A stretch of 64,000 bases of DNA from Fimbriosthenelais zetlandica. Its lineage: Eukaryota. Shown here in pieces: positions 31,219 through 43,696 of this stretch. The translations under genes and the position numbers were made by a program. The notes under the pieces were generated by a model. That model was not told where the DNA came from. It ran no database searches and saw only the letters and a list, made by a program, of their open reading frames with translations. Each line of letters opens with the position of its first letter. The stretch's first letter is position 1. Location: assembly GCA_977030845.1 (NCBI GenBank), contig OZ365115.1:6572001-6636000 (forward strand), read 5' to 3'.

Positions 31219-34000
31219 TTAATCAAATACATCTGGACCGAACATTTCTTCGATCTCATCTTCCAAAGTTTTACGGAATGAATCGGATGGGGGTCGGGTG
31301 GGGTGGTAGGTATGTTTGGAGCGGGGGTGCCGCGCAGCACCGGGGCGGATGGGCCTATCGTCCATGCTGGCAGTGGGGCGAGGGGCAGGAGGCGGTGCCT
31401 TTATAAACAATAATACATTTAACTAACTATGAATTCCTTTATCTTTTAATTCATATTGTCTCTAGTTCCTCTTTTCCATCTTTGGGTTGTAATTATGTAA
31501 TTGTATGATCTTATATTAATTTACGATGAAATGATTGGTGTGAGTTGGAGATTTAGCAGGAAAGCAGAGAAAGGTAACTCACATCTGGTGGGTAGGACAC
31601 CCGTTTGTTCTGCACTGCAATCCGCAACTCTTCAAGAGCTGCTTCCCGCTCGTCCGCATCTGGAGCAGTCGACCTCTGGATAAAGCCCCAGATCTGCACC
31701 TAAAAAATCAAACAAAAAATATTAAATATCATATAAAGTCGACTGATTTTCATAACATAAAAAGAAGTATTTTTATTTAAATGATTTATATTTATTATCT
31801 AGTACAAAGGGTAAATGAGGTTTGATTTTGACTGACCTGTTCTTGATGTGTGTTCTGGAGCTTCATTTTTTCCTCCTGGGCCGCAAGAGCTGCAGCTCTC
31901 AATTCAAGGCTGCGCTCTTCCTTCAGTTCCAGTTTGCGCGCCATCTCCTGCAGGGTCAGGGGAGCCTCTCTCACACGAGATTGAACGTGAGAAAGGTCAA
32001 TTCCTCCTGCAGCAGCTGATGTGCAACCCACACGAGACTGACATCTGGTGTTATAACCGTCAGGTGTCAGTAAAGTGCTGTAGACGTTGATGAAGTCAGA
32101 TGGCATGGCGCTCCGGCTCAGGGTGCGGGTCTCCGATCTATCATCAAGGCGAGAGCTGAAAAAATACATTTCATTAATTAATCTTCTCTTCTTCAATTGA
32201 TATCAAACATATATAAGTCAATAGCGAGTGTCCATTTGTGGGAGACCAGTTGCCATTAAAATAATTAGGAAACCAGCTGTGGGCACACAAAGGATTGCAC
32301 ATCTCACACAGCGTTTACATGCCTCTCACCGCATTGGAGGCATGGCTGTCATTTGATAATACAGTAAACTGCAATGGGGGAAGAATCTGCAGCACAATGA
32401 CAAATGTGGAGAATGCTTGAGGCATTGAGCTTACAAATACTCTAACTCTGAGCCATTTAACTAAATAATGAAGTTAGTACGATGTGTATACCGTGCTCTG
32501 GCCTCGACGCAGGCATCATACGAGGCAGCAGCCTGACTGGGGGCCTCCAGGGCGGCAGAAGATCCACAACGATCCACTATTTCCCATTTTACTGCTTTGG
32601 GCTTGATGACTGCGCTGGCCGTCATCTTAAGCTCAGCCTCCTTAAGGATGCTGCGTCCTTCGATGATGTGTTCGATCCTCTTCAGATCCTCCTTTATACG
32701 CCTGGCCTCACGCTTACCTGCACCATACAAGTCTTACTTATTGTCTGCATATCTGTTAATTTTTATAATTAATTATATTAAATTCTAATAGTAATAAATT
32801 GCCCTTTTCACATTCCTATGAATACATTTTTTAATTATATAGGCCTAGTAGTGTAAAGAATTTCAAATCTAATGAAGAATGCGTACATTATTATAAATAC
32901 CCGGTACTGTAAGTTAATTGATATGTGAAGTAGCCTATACATTAGTAAAACTTAGTAATATAATAATAGTTTTAAATAAAAGCAAACACTTTTAACTAAC
33001 TGGCAAATTGTACTTCAATTCTAACAGTAACATCGATACATAATATGACATTGACAACTCTAAAGTGTTCTTCCATTAGCCATTTCCAATCATGTCTAAG
33101 TAATACAAATCTTACATGACTTACCTGTCTGATTAGGCCTACCAGTATATTAGAACTATTTAATTACGGTAAACTTATACAAGAATATGGTACCTACTTG
33201 AGGTTTTCCATGTGCTATCAGCAGTTCTACTAGACCTAGAGTCTATCTGCTATTTTTATTTTAAAACTCAACAAGATTAATATGTGAAAATACACTCAAA
33301 AATACAAGTTAAAGAGAAGACGGGGAAAAATATTATAGATCTAGAGTCTAGTTCACAATTTTAAATTAGATAAAACATTTTTAAAAGTCTATTCATCTGC
33401 AAAAATAGATCTACCAATAAATGGAAGGACTCAATAACAACAAGACTTACTTAATGGTTTCTGTCCACTACCAATGGGTGGCAGTGGATCCTGGGTAGAC
33501 GTAGCCTTCTTCACCTCAGCGGGTGGGGGCGACTGTGGAGGGGTCGGTGGAAGAGTAACATCATCATCATCCATGACCATAGACGGTGCTGGGGTGGGGG
33601 CCGGGGTCTCCATCTTCCCAATCTCGTCATCTGTCTTCTGTTCATTCTCTGTCTTCTCCTTCTCTCTCTTCGCTTTCTCTTTCTTATCCTTCTCTATCTT
33701 CTCCTTCTCTTTCCTCTTCTCCTCCTTCTCCTTTTTCTTTCTCTTCTTCTCTTTCCACTTCTCTCTTCGTCTTATCAACTTTCTGAAAAGTCCTCCAAGG
33801 CTGCAGCCTGTCTGACTATCTTCCTCGTCATCTGAGGGTAGGTCGTTATTTCGGCGGTCCGCATTCCGTTTTCCGGCCGAATGCATAACTTTATCCAATT
33901 TATTTTCTTTCTCTTCAAGAGAAAGGCAAGCTTTGGGGTCAGGCCCGCTTTTTGGGGCATTTGTATCCCCTCTACGAAAGGGGTTCTTGAAGAACCCCAT
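31219..34000 (-). CDS. Orphan 463-aa protein, 5 exons, with a Lys/Glu-rich tract, a Pro-rich segment and a stathmin-like helix
   Basis: Exons 34000-33451, 32717-32492, 32155-31837, 31699-31583 and 31398-31219 have phase-compatible GT-AG junctions (1,2,0,0) and total 1392 nt with no internal stop. TATATAAA at 34207-34200; minus-strand AATAAA at 30844-30839. The exon 2 acceptor is the weakest junction. Confidence 0.75.
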
Positions 34001-34199
34001 CGTAGAGCGATTGAGCTTTTTTGTACGTCCAACCTATCAGCTGATCAAAGTCTCAATGAAAGGGCTTCCTTAGGAACGCTCCTAGCAACACTTCACAACG
34101 GAAGTAGCCCTATCCGTGACGACATGTACGGTGTCCCAAAATGGTGATTTGAAGGAACTTAGGAAGGTGGCCAGAAAATAAAAAAGTTAAAAGTCTCTG

Positions 34200-34207
34200 T
34201 TTATATA
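34200..34207 (-). promoter_or_regulatory. TATA box of the orphan gene
   Basis: TATATAAA on the minus strand about 200 nt upstream of ATG 34000. Confidence 0.5.
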
Positions 34208-34316
34208 GGCTAGTTAAATACCTTCGATGGATTGGTCTACTCCTAGAGGGTTATAAGCTAAGGAGTTTTACTTACAGTGGACAAAGGGCCTAAACAAGCG
34301 ATATTTGTTTTTTAAA

Positions 34317-34417
34317 ACTGACAAATGACAAACAGGGTCATTTCCGACTGGAGACAAGCGACAAATGAGCCTAAATTTTACTGACAACTGACAAATAAGG
34401 CGAAGTTTTACTGACAA
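34317..34417 (+). repeat. Degenerate ~30-nt minisatellite built on ACTGACAA(C/A)TGACAAA
   Basis: Copies at about 34317, 34353, 34376 and 34406; likely the internal part of a non-autonomous element. Confidence 0.55.
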
Positions 34418-34987
34418 GTTCAACTGAAAAAAGAGTGTCCCCCGATCTTAGTTCCACTGCCTTCCGCCCACGGCAGCACGATAGGCTTCTCTTATCAGCG
34501 TTCACCTCTCAGCAGAGAGGGCCAGGAGAGTGGTGTATAGGCTTCTTCCTCCCACCCAAAAGGCTAAATTATATTAAAAGTGGCTAAAACTATGCTTAAA
34601 TAGGATAAATTCGTCAAAGAAAATGCCCCAGTTGGTCTCAATCCATAGTAATACATGAAGGTGTTCTTAGGCCGTCTTTCGCTGGCACCGCACACCCACA
34701 CAGTCTTGAACCGTGTTTCAAAGTGACAACACGAAAGTTGCTAACGGTCCCCACATGGCGGGCCAGGATACAAGTTTGGAGATATCTTTTTCAAGTTTAC
34801 ACCAGAATATCGTTTACAAACCAGCTCAAATATACTCCTACAGTATAGGTATTACCTCTCTTAGACGATTGCGAAGGAGAATACGCGATGACATTTGGGG
34901 TAAGTTCTTTTGAAATTACATTCAACTTTGGGCATTAGCCGCGCACGTGACATGGCCATGCTCTCAGCTGTGGGAGGGGGTTTAAAT

Positions 34988-35590
34988 AATTCAATTCAAT
35001 TCAATTCAATTCAATTCAATTCAATTCAATTCAAGACTTTATTTCGGATGACAGGGATCCATAGTAACACTACATAAGAGAAAAAACACACAAACAACTT
35101 TAGGGAAAAAAAACAAACAACAGCACCAATATACAAAAGAAAGAAGCACATAAGTTATAAATACGTTTGTAGATCTAGATCATAGATGAACATATCAGCC
35201 AGTGTTTCCAAATGCTAGAGCTGAACCTCACTGAGGATTTATAAGTAAATTGGTCCATTATGTTGTTACTGGATTGTCTAATCCTACAAAGAAAACTATA
35301 TACAGCTTTGCGGATTAACATTTGACAAGTCACAAGGCCTCTTGTAACAAACATTTCACTTGCACTGCACCATTTGGGCTCATGAAATAAGATGCGTGTG
35401 ACATTGTTATATGCAACATATAAGCTATTGATGGATTTTTTGGTGTAATTCCACCACAGGTGGGCCGTGTATAGGCAATTACAATAGGTTTTAAATAATG
35501 TTTTCTTAACATTATCCGAGCACATGCCAAATTTCCTTACTAGCATATTTCCCTGAGCATAGATTTGTTTACGTTGTCTGTCTATGCTTA
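34988..35590 (-). mobile_element. 5'-truncated non-LTR retrotransposon (L2/CR1 group): ORF2 C-terminus, 3' UTR and (ATTGA)n tail
   Basis: Minus frame RQRKQIYAQGNMLVRKFGMCSDNVKKTLFKTYCNCLYTAHLW...VAYNN..RILF...CSASEMFV matches post-RT C-termini of CR1/L2-type ORF2. It is followed by a GGAT-CCCTGTC-ATCC hairpin, AATAAA (35043-35038) and 9 pentamer repeats (34988-35032). Confidence 0.88.
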
Positions 35591-36346
35591 GATCGAGTAA
35601 AAGGTCTATGTCTGTATGGAGTAAGGGCTGGTTATACTGGCTACATGTAGGCCTACCGGTAGGCCTTTAGACAATAATTATGATCGGCTCCTTACCCCGG
35701 GCGGAACACACAGGGATGGATATTTTATCTAGTAGGCCTTGATGACACCAAATGGGGCCTACCAAACCACATTTTTCTGGCTGCTCATACCAATGAGCCT
35801 ACCCAACCTGACACCCCTTCCCATCCACCCTCAAAAAGCATGGCCATTGCCATTGGCTATCACCGTGCTACCCCCTTGTGCCTTGTGGTCACCACCACGG
35901 ACCAAGCTTGGGAATGAACTGGACCTCTATTCTCCAACTTTAAAAATGATACCCGATGAGTCTTACTTGATGAAACCGTGTCTTGATTATGAAAAATTAA
36001 ACCAAGCCTACCCATATCCCATATTGAATGAATATGAGGCACGGGGGGCTTAAAATAGGGCCCCCCTGGTCCCCCTCCCCCCTTATGTGTTCCCCACTAG
36101 GGGGCCTCCTATAATAAGAGCGTGTTTGAAATGTCTTATTTGTATAAATTCGGCACGGTGGTCTGTGTTCCATGTTTTCAAAATTGTAGGTTATTTTTTG
36201 TAATTAGTATAGGCCTAGACACAACTCTTGATAAGAGGAGTGAACATTAGCATACCGTATGCATATTATACACAGAACAGAAACTATATGTTTACAAAAC
36301 AACGTTGTTAAGGAAAAACCACTGTTCGCAATGAAATGACTGAAGT

Positions 36347-36385
36347 GGGAGGGGGGAGGGGGGGGAGGGGGTGGGGGGGGGGGGG
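36347..36385 (+). repeat. G-rich tract
   Basis: Interrupted poly-G followed by (GA)n, read directly. Confidence 0.85.
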
Positions 36386-39122
36386 AGAGAGAGAAAGGCT
36401 TTGAGGTGTAGTGTATGGGTTGAACGTTGAAGATGTCAGACACGGTCGCATCAGAGTGGGGACTGGTACTCACACTTCTCGCCATACATATCTATGGTGT
36501 CCCGGATTAACTCATAATGATTAAATGACCCATCATGACATGCTATCAATAGCCATTAAGCCTTTTGTGATAGACTGTCATAGACATAATATCATTGAGT
36601 GCCGTATCATTGAGTGCCATCTAATTGCATTTTTTGGAAATAAATAAACTTTACGTTAGGTCTATAGGCCTACTGTTATAACATTTTATGAGCGAAAAAT
36701 ATAATGGGCAAATATGATGTTTACAATTATCACTAAATCCAATGATAACTCGTGTTTTAAGTGTGGGTGCTTTTATATCGCATGATCTAATAATATCAGT
36801 CATGAAGAACTCACGCGACCAGATGAGGATAACAATAGTTTTTCACAATTATTTCATAATGACAGAATCGCTTGCATGTCTATAATTGTACTCTACGAGT
36901 TAATTAGTGTTAATTGCGATCGAGGGCCACTTCATAATTTATATTAGCGAGCAGAATACATGATAAATCCCCAGGACTTGAGCCGCGCGACGCCGTTTTA
37001 CATAAAAGACGCACCTTTAACAAAATTAATGTGTATTATTCTATCGAATAACATAGCGATAATACTGTGTAATATTAAGAAATTACGCACACCTACCAAA
37101 ATATTGAATATTGAAACATTAAAACTATTTGTAATACGTTGAAGTATTTTAAATCACCATTAATATGATTAATTATTTTGATTGAATGTTAAACTGAAAT
37201 GAAAGGGTCTGAGCACCCCTTACCCTCCACAGCTCATTTTTGTACTGTGAGTCATTTAAAAGGTATCATTTCCCTTCCTCCCACCCAACTACAGAAACTT
37301 AGTTATTAACTGAAGTCCTCGCACCTGTACTCTATAATTGAGGACATTCGGTATGCCCCTTTGTATGAACCCCCATTAACTATTCCATTCCCAAACTCAC
37401 CTACCAACACAATGGGCGGTACCTTCATTGTTACATGCACTCTTACAACAAGAGTACTCCTTGTTTTACCACCTACTACCAAAACTGGATCATTGGAAGT
37501 CGGATCCTTAATCGGTTTAAGAATATACCTGTGGGTATATAATAACATGTTGGCCCCTATGACATATTCCCCTACCCGAGGCCAATCACCAGGGACGCTC
37601 CTATGGAATGACATGCTTTCATGTTGAAACGTGCTATCAAAAGGTCAGGAATGGTGTGGAGTGGGCTGGAGGAGTAAGGGATATATAGAGGCGTAAACTT
37701 ATATTCCTCAGTTGGAAACATGCACACTTGTTTTCACATAAATCCCAAGTCCAGACATGCAGGCATGCTTTTGTTGCAAGGACGAGATCGTCTGGGTGGA
37801 AAAAATCAGAGAATCGTTGTTGGCGTGAGGTGAGAGCTGAGGAGGTAAATTTGACCCCAGTTGCACTTAGGTTGTGAGAGAGTTGGGAGTATTGGACATT
37901 TAACGGCATAACCTATAGTGAACCCTGGAGATAATACCACACATTTACTTGGATTACCTGTCAGCATCATCGAAACATTCAAAGGTAAGCTCATCCACTG
38001 TAATATTAATTAAGAATTTTCAAATTAAAGTTAATCATTTTTGCCGTTCACGTTTTTTTGCATGACTTTTTGATTCCCAATTTTTATACTTTTTGGCCAG
38101 GGGAACAAAATCTTGGCCTTTGAATAAATGGGTCCAGAACCTACCATGCACCGAATAGTACCTACCGAATAGATTACATGAATGCTATGGTGACTTGTTT
38201 GTGGATTTGAGAAACCCCAATCTTGAGTCGTAATTGTCATGAAAACCCTCGAGCATCATGATGCATGTAGTTTATGAATATTTTAAACTTCATGATGGAA
38301 GAGAAGCAAAGATTTCGGATCTACATTGCTCCGAGAAGTCAAGTCTGAAAGGTTGAATTTACTGACATTCTTACTCCAGTTGTTCAGAGTAAATTACATT
38401 TATAGGGTTTTTTCCAGATCATCTTCCAAATAATAATAACGTAATTAATTCGTGGTAGTTGGCAATTTCATGATTCTATTATGATGTATTCTTGTATGTA
38501 TTTATGGCCTTAATCCGTATATAATAAACCTTTTGAAAGCCATTCAGTAAATTGCTTTAGATTGGGACACTGGAAAGAAATAAGTACTTAACGTTGGTAA
38601 TTATCTTAACACTGAGCCGTTGACTTTGCTCAAAAGCTCAGTATTGTCACAAGAGTCATAATATTCAACCTGACAGCCTTTTACCTTGACATTCAATTAA
38701 TTTTCATTTGCTAATTTGATAAACCATTAGCATTATTAACTTCATTCTTTTGAGTGACCTTAATCCCCCGAGCCTATAGTCATTATGCATTGTCTAAAAT
38801 TCTTTCAGTGCTCTTGATAATCAGCTTGGAGGCGAAAGGCTTTAGAACTGTAGAAATCAGCTTCGAGCTATAAGATATGTCTAAAATATTGACCCACAAA
38901 TCTATCTGATTTACCAATAATTATTAAATTTCAACCATATCGGTAGAGAAGACTATTTGTCATTACTCATTTCAATAAGATAATTCTTGCCCTTTCATTT
39001 AGAATCTTAGTGCCATTGTATGGGTGATAAAATTGTAAAGTAGTGAACAACTGTTTTGGCAGCAGAGTATGTGATTATGTATATTTTATCGGTTTATCTC
39101 CTGCAGGAGCCTTGAGGGCAAG

Positions 39123-41261
39123 ATGACTGCATCTGTCACAATGGAACCCTGGTATGACGTCACGCCTGGGATGACTAATGACTTGATGAATGGTACGCTT
39201 GGGGAGCAAATCAGGAGAGAACTCAAGTTCTGGATACCACCTATCAGCTTCATTCTAGGAATAATTGGTAGGTTTCCCCAGAGAAGGAATCTATACTTTG
39301 TATGCCATAAGCGTATAATATCATACCTATTTGACTTAATAGTTAAACTGTCTAAGCTTGGTTTCCGATATTTAAAAAGTCATATGTTTAAGTGCGCACA
39401 TACTACGATATATGCAGGGTACAAACACATTTAGTTTTACATTGTGGTAATACATGTACTGTACTAGTAACGTCTGTTCATTGGATGTCCATTAGAAAAG
39501 TTATATTATCAAAAGTTTATTTCCACTTTAGTATGTTTACCTGCCGAAAATGGAAACTCAATTTGAGACCAGTGTTGACCCTGTCAGTAATACGAACTCT
39601 GACATCCGGGACTTCTTCTCTGACACCTGGCTAAGCTGAGGTGTTATGTTCCCATCCCAGCTCAGTGTCCTTTCCAAGCCGGAAATTGAGACTCCTCCAG
39701 CCCACATTACTGGGAGAATTCTTGAAAATAATGCTCATACATTTCTATTCGGTCGCGTTTAGAAGTTATCTGTTTGCTAACCAATCGGAAAATGCTAGTA
39801 TAGTATACAATTACCACAAGGGACGAAGATTTGGAATATCTACAATTGCCTGACTGGTTGTTGAACAGCTTTCTTCAGTACCACTACCAGTATTTGAATA
39901 GAAAAATAGGACATCCCTTGATTCCAGAACCTGCAAGAATATCTTATGGGGAAATTGAAACTCTGAGACAAAACTAGGACGAGAATAGCATGTTTTCTGA
40001 AACCAGTCATTAAAATGTGTGGCAGAGGATACAATTACTGAAAAATGTCATGTATATTTTACTATGTTCTCAGGGCTTTCTTAGATAGGCTATATATAGG
40101 TTAGATGTTTCTTCATGTCGGGTGCTTCACATGATATAAAACTCCAGAAAGTAGTGGCTGATGAAACTTTGAAACTGATGCATTCTTCTCTCATTTTCAG
40201 GTAACTCTCTCTGTCTTGCAGTCACGTGTTCTTCCAGGTCTATCCTGTCTGCTCCTACAAAAATCTATATGACGGTGATATTTATTATGTGTGACATCCA
40301 TTTGACAGCTGCTGTCATTGCCTGGCTGCCAACATCCTTCATAGACTATGTCAACCTGCCACAGGTCGTCTTCCTGCGATCAGCAATCATCAGTGACCTG
40401 GGCTGCCAACTTTTGGCCTTCTTTCGTTCAGCCTCAATTTTTGTACTTTCCTGGATAATGGTGGCGCAAACAGGAGAAAGATACTCCATTCTATCAAGAC
40501 CCTTCACACAAAACAAGAATCCCATTCGGTTAGCCTCTTTGGTGTGCTTGGCCATATTCTTTATCGGTTTTGGTGTGGAAACAACAAAATTCTTTGGAGT
40601 TTTTGCTGCACCTGCCAACAGTACTATTCCCGGAGAAAGATTGAGATGTGAGCTGAATGATTTGGGAAATGTGGTAAAGTTAGTGGATGTGCTCATCATC
40701 TATCTCCTCGCTCCCATTTTCTTGTTTGTTCTGTCCCTCTGCTTGTGCTGCATGGTCAGTTTGCATAACAGCCTTCTGAAGAAATGGAGATATAAAAAGT
40801 CCAGCTTACCAATCAGCGATCACAAATCTGCATTGTCATTGACCATGGCATTCGTCTATTCCTTTGGACTTTTGCCTTATTTCATCTGGTCGTTGCTAGT
40901 TCTTATTTCCCTGATCTGGGGGGAGGATAGCAGCATTGATGATATTGCTGCATACTTTGAGGAAGGTGCCACACTGCTGGTTGTCCTAATTTCAGGCCTC
41001 AATATTATATACCTCATCATTGCTGGAAAGAGTTATAGGTCACTTCTCTGCAATGTTATGTGTGGATGCTTTTGCAAAGACAACCTGGACATGCGAAGTG
41101 AAGGGGAGTCTCTGAGTCCAAGCATGTCTAATGGGACAAGTAGTGACTATGCTAATGGACATATCCCATCCAAAATGGACAAAAGTGAAGAAGAATTGAA
41201 TCATGGACAGATCAACATGGGTTTTGATGACCATGACAATACAGAAACGACACCATTATGA
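39123..41261 (+). CDS. Divergent rhodopsin-like (class A) GPCR, peptide-receptor-like orphan, 401 aa, 2 coding exons
   Basis: Exons 39123-39267 and 40201-41261 join in phase 1 (GII-G|N-SLCL). Seven hydrophobic segments with TM1 GN, TM2 D, TM3 Cys and ERY, an ECL2 Cys, TM5 P and TM6 LP; N-glycosylation sequon NGT in the N-terminus. Confidence 0.88.
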
Positions 41262-41961
41262 TTTGTTTATGATACATTATATTAGACAATGCTCCAAGTT
41301 TTGACTTATATATGAATATATATATACTTTCATGAAACTGGAAGGGACAGAGGTTTATTTTCAGCTTTTACACAAAAATATTGGGAACTTAGGTTATTTA
41401 GTCATCTGTCAAAATAAGAAATTAATTAATTTAATTATAAATGTGCCATGAAGTTATTATACTTTTGCCACATAGCCTTTAGTATAATGGGCCTACATAC
41501 ATTCTATGAATTCCATGTATACATTTCATGAGTTATATAATGTAAGTCATGAACTGAGAGGTGGGGGTGATTGACAGGCCTGTACATGATCCAAGTACAA
41601 TAATCCCTAACCCTATGGGCTTTAACACAGTTTGGTATGTTAAAGCACTTATTATACAACAAGCGGCTACTTGCTCCAAGTTAATCAAAGCTGCCATGCT
41701 CGAACTTGGTTTCGTGAAAGTAAATTTTATGAAACCTAAGTAAAGTTACACAGACATAATCCTGGCGACTGGAAAGGCGTGTGAACCTGTGGAAGCTAAC
41801 AGGTGTGACAACTAAATCGCATTGTTTATTTGAACAATACTGGACACCTGTATATATACAGCAAATACAGAGTAGTTGTACTATTGATTATATATCATAC
41901 TGGAGTATGTACAACAGCCTCAATTTATAAGTCATTATTGCATTCAGTAGGATATAATATA

Positions 41962-42993
41962 ATGGAAAAAGAAGACGACAAGTTTGCCTTTCAATGCCCC
42001 AGCAGTTGCAGTCTCAGGAAGGTGATTTCCTTGTATTTAATCTCAGTTTCTTTGGTGGTTATGCATGGCTGCTTGGAAGCTGTTGAAGATTATTGGTATT
42101 TGGAGGAACCATCACAGTCTGGGATGTTCAACTGGACTTTATGGTATAGAACCGATGAACAACTAGCCCGATACTGTACCAACAACTTCGAGCAAATAAG
42201 ATTTCCCCCTGGAGGTAGTCGAGTCTGCCAGAAAGACCAAGGTGAATATATTAGGAAGATTTCCAAAAATTTCCCACAAAGGTTGACCTCAAGTGACAGC
42301 GATTGTGAACGGACGATGACCTTGTATGCAGCCTATGTGGAAGAAACACCCGGAACATCTGAAATATCATTAAGGATTTCAGCGATTATGAAGTCCAAAG
42401 AGCTGGGTTACATACTGGACAGGACCTACTGCCAAGTACTGCTCCCTGGTAGGAGACAGCCACTGGTCTCTTTAGCAATAGGTTGGCCTTTACAGAAAAA
42501 GTCCTCTTCTATTTACAGCACAGTTGTGTTCCAATGCCAGACGAAAATACCAATAATTGACACAGAAATGCCAGCTTTTGTGTCTCTTACCAAAGAACCA
42601 TGTGAAGATCCTCAAAATGCTCTCCCTTTCGCACCTTTTATTCCTAAAAAAGTAGAAAAGACAGAAACATTTTGCATTAAGTATGATGGAACTAGTTATT
42701 CCATAGATTCTCTGGGTAAAACTGTCAAGAAAATGTCCAACAAATTCTCCGAAGAAAGACTTATAATTTATGATGGTTCTAAAAGTGGAAGTGCCTGGAA
42801 AGTACTTAATAATGCAATGAAATCTGCGAGAAGTAGGATATGGATACGTGGGAATCAGTGGACACGGGCTTTGGCATCGGTTGTTTCTGCTCGTGAGAGC
42901 CCCGAGGCCCTCAATGGTATCAGTCGCCAGGTGGACCTACTATACATACATGACTGCCACATTCGAGCCCGAGGAAAGTTTCTGGAACAGTGA
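41962..42993 (+). CDS. Intronless type II membrane protein resembling glycosyltransferase family 92 (DUF23), C-terminally truncated, 343 aa
   Basis: N-terminal TM (VISLYLISVSLVVM), then a motif series recalling GT92: LYAAY..LRI..YCQ..YS.VVFQC..P.FVSL...C..P.N.L..FC..IIYD..VL..W..HDC..R. The stop falls where the Y..xDxDE motif would follow. AATAAA at ~43305. The family call is from memory, not a search. Confidence 0.55.
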   Translation: MEKEDDKFAFQCPSSCSLRKVISLYLISVSLVVMHGCLEAVEDYWYLEEPSQSGMFNWTLWYRTDEQLARYCTNNFEQIRFPPGGSRVCQKDQGEYIRKISKNFPQRLTSSDSDCERTMTLYAAYVEETPGTSEISLRISAIMKSKELGYILDRTYCQVLLPGRRQPLVSLAIGWPLQKKSSSIYSTVVFQCQTKIPIIDTEMPAFVSLTKEPCEDPQNALPFAPFIPKKVEKTETFCIKYDGTSYSIDSLGKTVKKMSNKFSEERLIIYDGSKSGSAWKVLNNAMKSARSRIWIRGNQWTRALASVVSARESPEALNGISRQVDLLYIHDCHIRARGKFLEQ

Positions 42994-43599
42994 ACAAATG
43001 GAGTGGAAGGCCAAATATGTTTGTCATGCAACATGTAGATAACTTTGAAAACTGGTAATGATAACTGATTCTTACTGTTGACTGTTATTGCAATATGTAT
43101 ATTTTGAATACATATATAATCATGACCATTATATTATTGTTGATTATTATTTTGGATGTTGATGCTCAGAGGGCGTGCCTGCCACAACAATGTCAAAATG
43201 AATTGATTAATATTTAAGTATATAGTCAAATAGAATGTAATCAGTATGACTCACTCACGACTGTTGTTTTTGTAATTATGTTTACACAATTATTTATCAT
43301 AAATGAATAAAAAAAAAAGTAAGAAGAAATAACACGAATCCAGTTGAAATAATTATATAGGCCTAAAAAATCAACCACCACACCTTCCTAAAGTCCAAAC
43401 CAATATCAGTTTTTATTCACTTTCGTATAAATTCGCCTCTTCCCGGGGCAAATGTCAAATATAAAAAGGAATTCATATAGAACTCCACTTTACAACGCCT
43501 GCATCTTCTCATTCCTCTTCAATATTATATGTTTCCTGTTTTTGCCGCACCATATCCCCGCCTATCCCTGAATACATTTCAGATTCGACCTCCGACCTT

Positions 43600-43696
43600 A
43601 ACCTGTAACCTCACTCATGGCATTTGCCATCTTTTCCCCAGCGCCGTCTTCACCTTTACCACCAAACTTGCTGCTCGTATATGTCGTTCACCTTAA
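43600..43696 (+). promoter_or_regulatory. Probable promoter-proximal non-coding first exon of the ZNF gene
   Basis: YY1-like GCCATCTT at ~43626 and donor AA|GTAAAC at 43697; acceptor TTTTATTAG at 44349 just before the ZNF ATG. Confidence 0.45.

Noticed and set aside
33474-33815. Plus-strand Ser/Phe-rich ORFs
   Set aside because: Antisense shadows of the Lys/Glu-rich exon 1 of the orphan gene.
35739-36053. 104-aa Pro-rich plus-strand ORF next to the LINE
   Set aside because: Starts at TTG, no recognisable domain, and the alternative frame has several stops.
37306-37994. Overlapping ORFs including a PAS-like FSDFFHPDDL motif (minus, ~37783-37815)
   Set aside because: An isolated motif, inconsistent frames and no exon chain; at most a decayed fragment.
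41830-41961. N-terminal extension of the GT92-like ORF from TTG 41830
   Set aside because: Non-ATG start in AT-rich intron-like DNA; an acceptor at ~41950 precedes ATG 41962.
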